Shown here: positions 47,247-47,976 of the stretch, piece by piece | Numbering within the stretch: position 1 is the first letter of the stretch | Layout: every line of letters begins with the position of its first letter | IMG/VR virus record: IMGVR_UViG_2512047041_000006 | Source: a virus | Lineage: Duplodnaviria; Heunggongvirae; Uroviricota; Caudoviricetes | DNA: 47,976 bases | Strand: one strand, 5' to 3' | Made by a program: the position numbers and the translations under genes | The notes under the pieces: model-generated | Seen by the model: only the letters and a program-made list of their open reading frames with translations | Told to the model about the DNA's origin: nothing | Database searches by the model: none

Positions 47247-47699
47247 ATGGTGACTACTATGACTAAATGTTCAAACCTTAGACAGCAGATTATGGATGAT
47301 GTACAAAGAAGATATGGAGAATATCTTGATAAGGATAAAGTATCTTGTATTACAAGCAAGATAGCTGCGGCAGAAAATAAATACCCAGCAAAAACTACAT
47401 TAGCTAGTGCAATATTTTATATAAAAGTAGACACTCAGATCACCAGTGAAGGTGGAAAACATTTTTCGGGAAATGCAGGAGGATTATCATCTCCAGGTGG
47501 TGGTGTGCTGTTTGGTGACTTATATACAGATGATTTGGATGATCTGTATACAAATACGGTTAGCTTCCAGATAACAATGACCCCTGTATTTTGTAGTGTA
47601 TTGTTTTTTGATTCTGCATCAAATCTTTTGGGGCATTTCGAGGGAGGTGGTGTGTCAACAGTATCGGGTGTTGCAGGTGGCACAGGCTCGTGGTCCTGA
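47247..47699 (+). CDS. Hypothetical Gly-rich protein in AT-rich region
   Basis: 150-aa ORF; no SD; very AT-rich flanks. Confidence 0.4.
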   Translation: MVTTMTKCSNLRQQIMDDVQRRYGEYLDKDKVSCITSKIAAAENKYPAKTTLASAIFYIKVDTQITSEGGKHFSGNAGGLSSPGGGVLFGDLYTDDLDDLYTNTVSFQITMTPVFCSVLFFDSASNLLGHFEGGGVSTVSGVAGGTGSWS

Positions 47700-47875
47700 T
47701 GCTTTAAAATATAAATAGTGCAAAGTCAGACCCGGCTTTGTATTTATTAATGAATAACATTGTCGGGTCTGTATTAATAAAATAATCTGGTATAGAAAGT
47801 CGTTTCTGAGCTATTTAACAAAACAATGAGCAGAAAATTTTACTGAATAAACCCGGCATTCGAGTTTCTCAGACT

Positions 47876-47976
47876 TACTGCAGCATTTCATGAACGAACT
47901 CTTGCGCAGTATCTTTGTCTACGGCTCTTAAGATGGTGAGCCCATCATTGGTGAATTTTGACAATCGTGTGTACAT
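47876..47976 (-). CDS. 3' end of a minus-strand ORF running off the window edge (partial)
   Basis: In-frame from window end to TAA at 47876-47878 (..TRLSKFTNDGLTILRAVDKDTAQEFVHEMLQ); may extend beyond window. Confidence 0.25.

Overview
The window is essentially one lambdoid prophage read from its integrase (left edge) to its tail fibre genes, plus about 1.4 kb of AT-rich flanking DNA. All calls come from reading the sequence and the ORF track; family assignments rest on recalled motifs and recalled lambda/K-12 proteins, and no database search was run. Layout, left to right: (1) int-xis and a minus-strand early-left operon with a DEDDh exonuclease and a Qin-like dicF/dicB division-inhibition cassette; (2) an immunity region with a short HTH repressor between two sets of ACC-N4/5-GGT operators, divergent from a Rac-like YdaS/YdaT pair; (3) replication genes (initiator with in-gene iterons, DnaC-like loader); (4) a cargo block with queH and a hok-family toxin; (5) DUF968, RusA and a Q-like antiterminator followed by a tR'-like terminator; (6) a late region organised like Stx-converting phages (small wHTH gene, N6A/N4C DNA methyltransferase, three tRNAs, NanS-p-like esterase, pinholin, SAR endolysin, Rz/Rz1) but with no stx genes; the toxin position holds a tandemly duplicated noncoding module; (7) an IS629 copy about 80 bp upstream of a lambda-type cos site; (8) a complete lambda-like head and tail gene set Nu1 to J with the G-T slippery site, then lom and a mosaic side tail fibre. 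No single novel multi-gene system could be demonstrated. The best candidates for undescribed biology are a promoter-plus-terminator small RNA unit in an insertion between tail genes I and J, the duplicated hairpin module at the stx-equivalent locus, a frameshifted Rz, and the queH/hok cargo.
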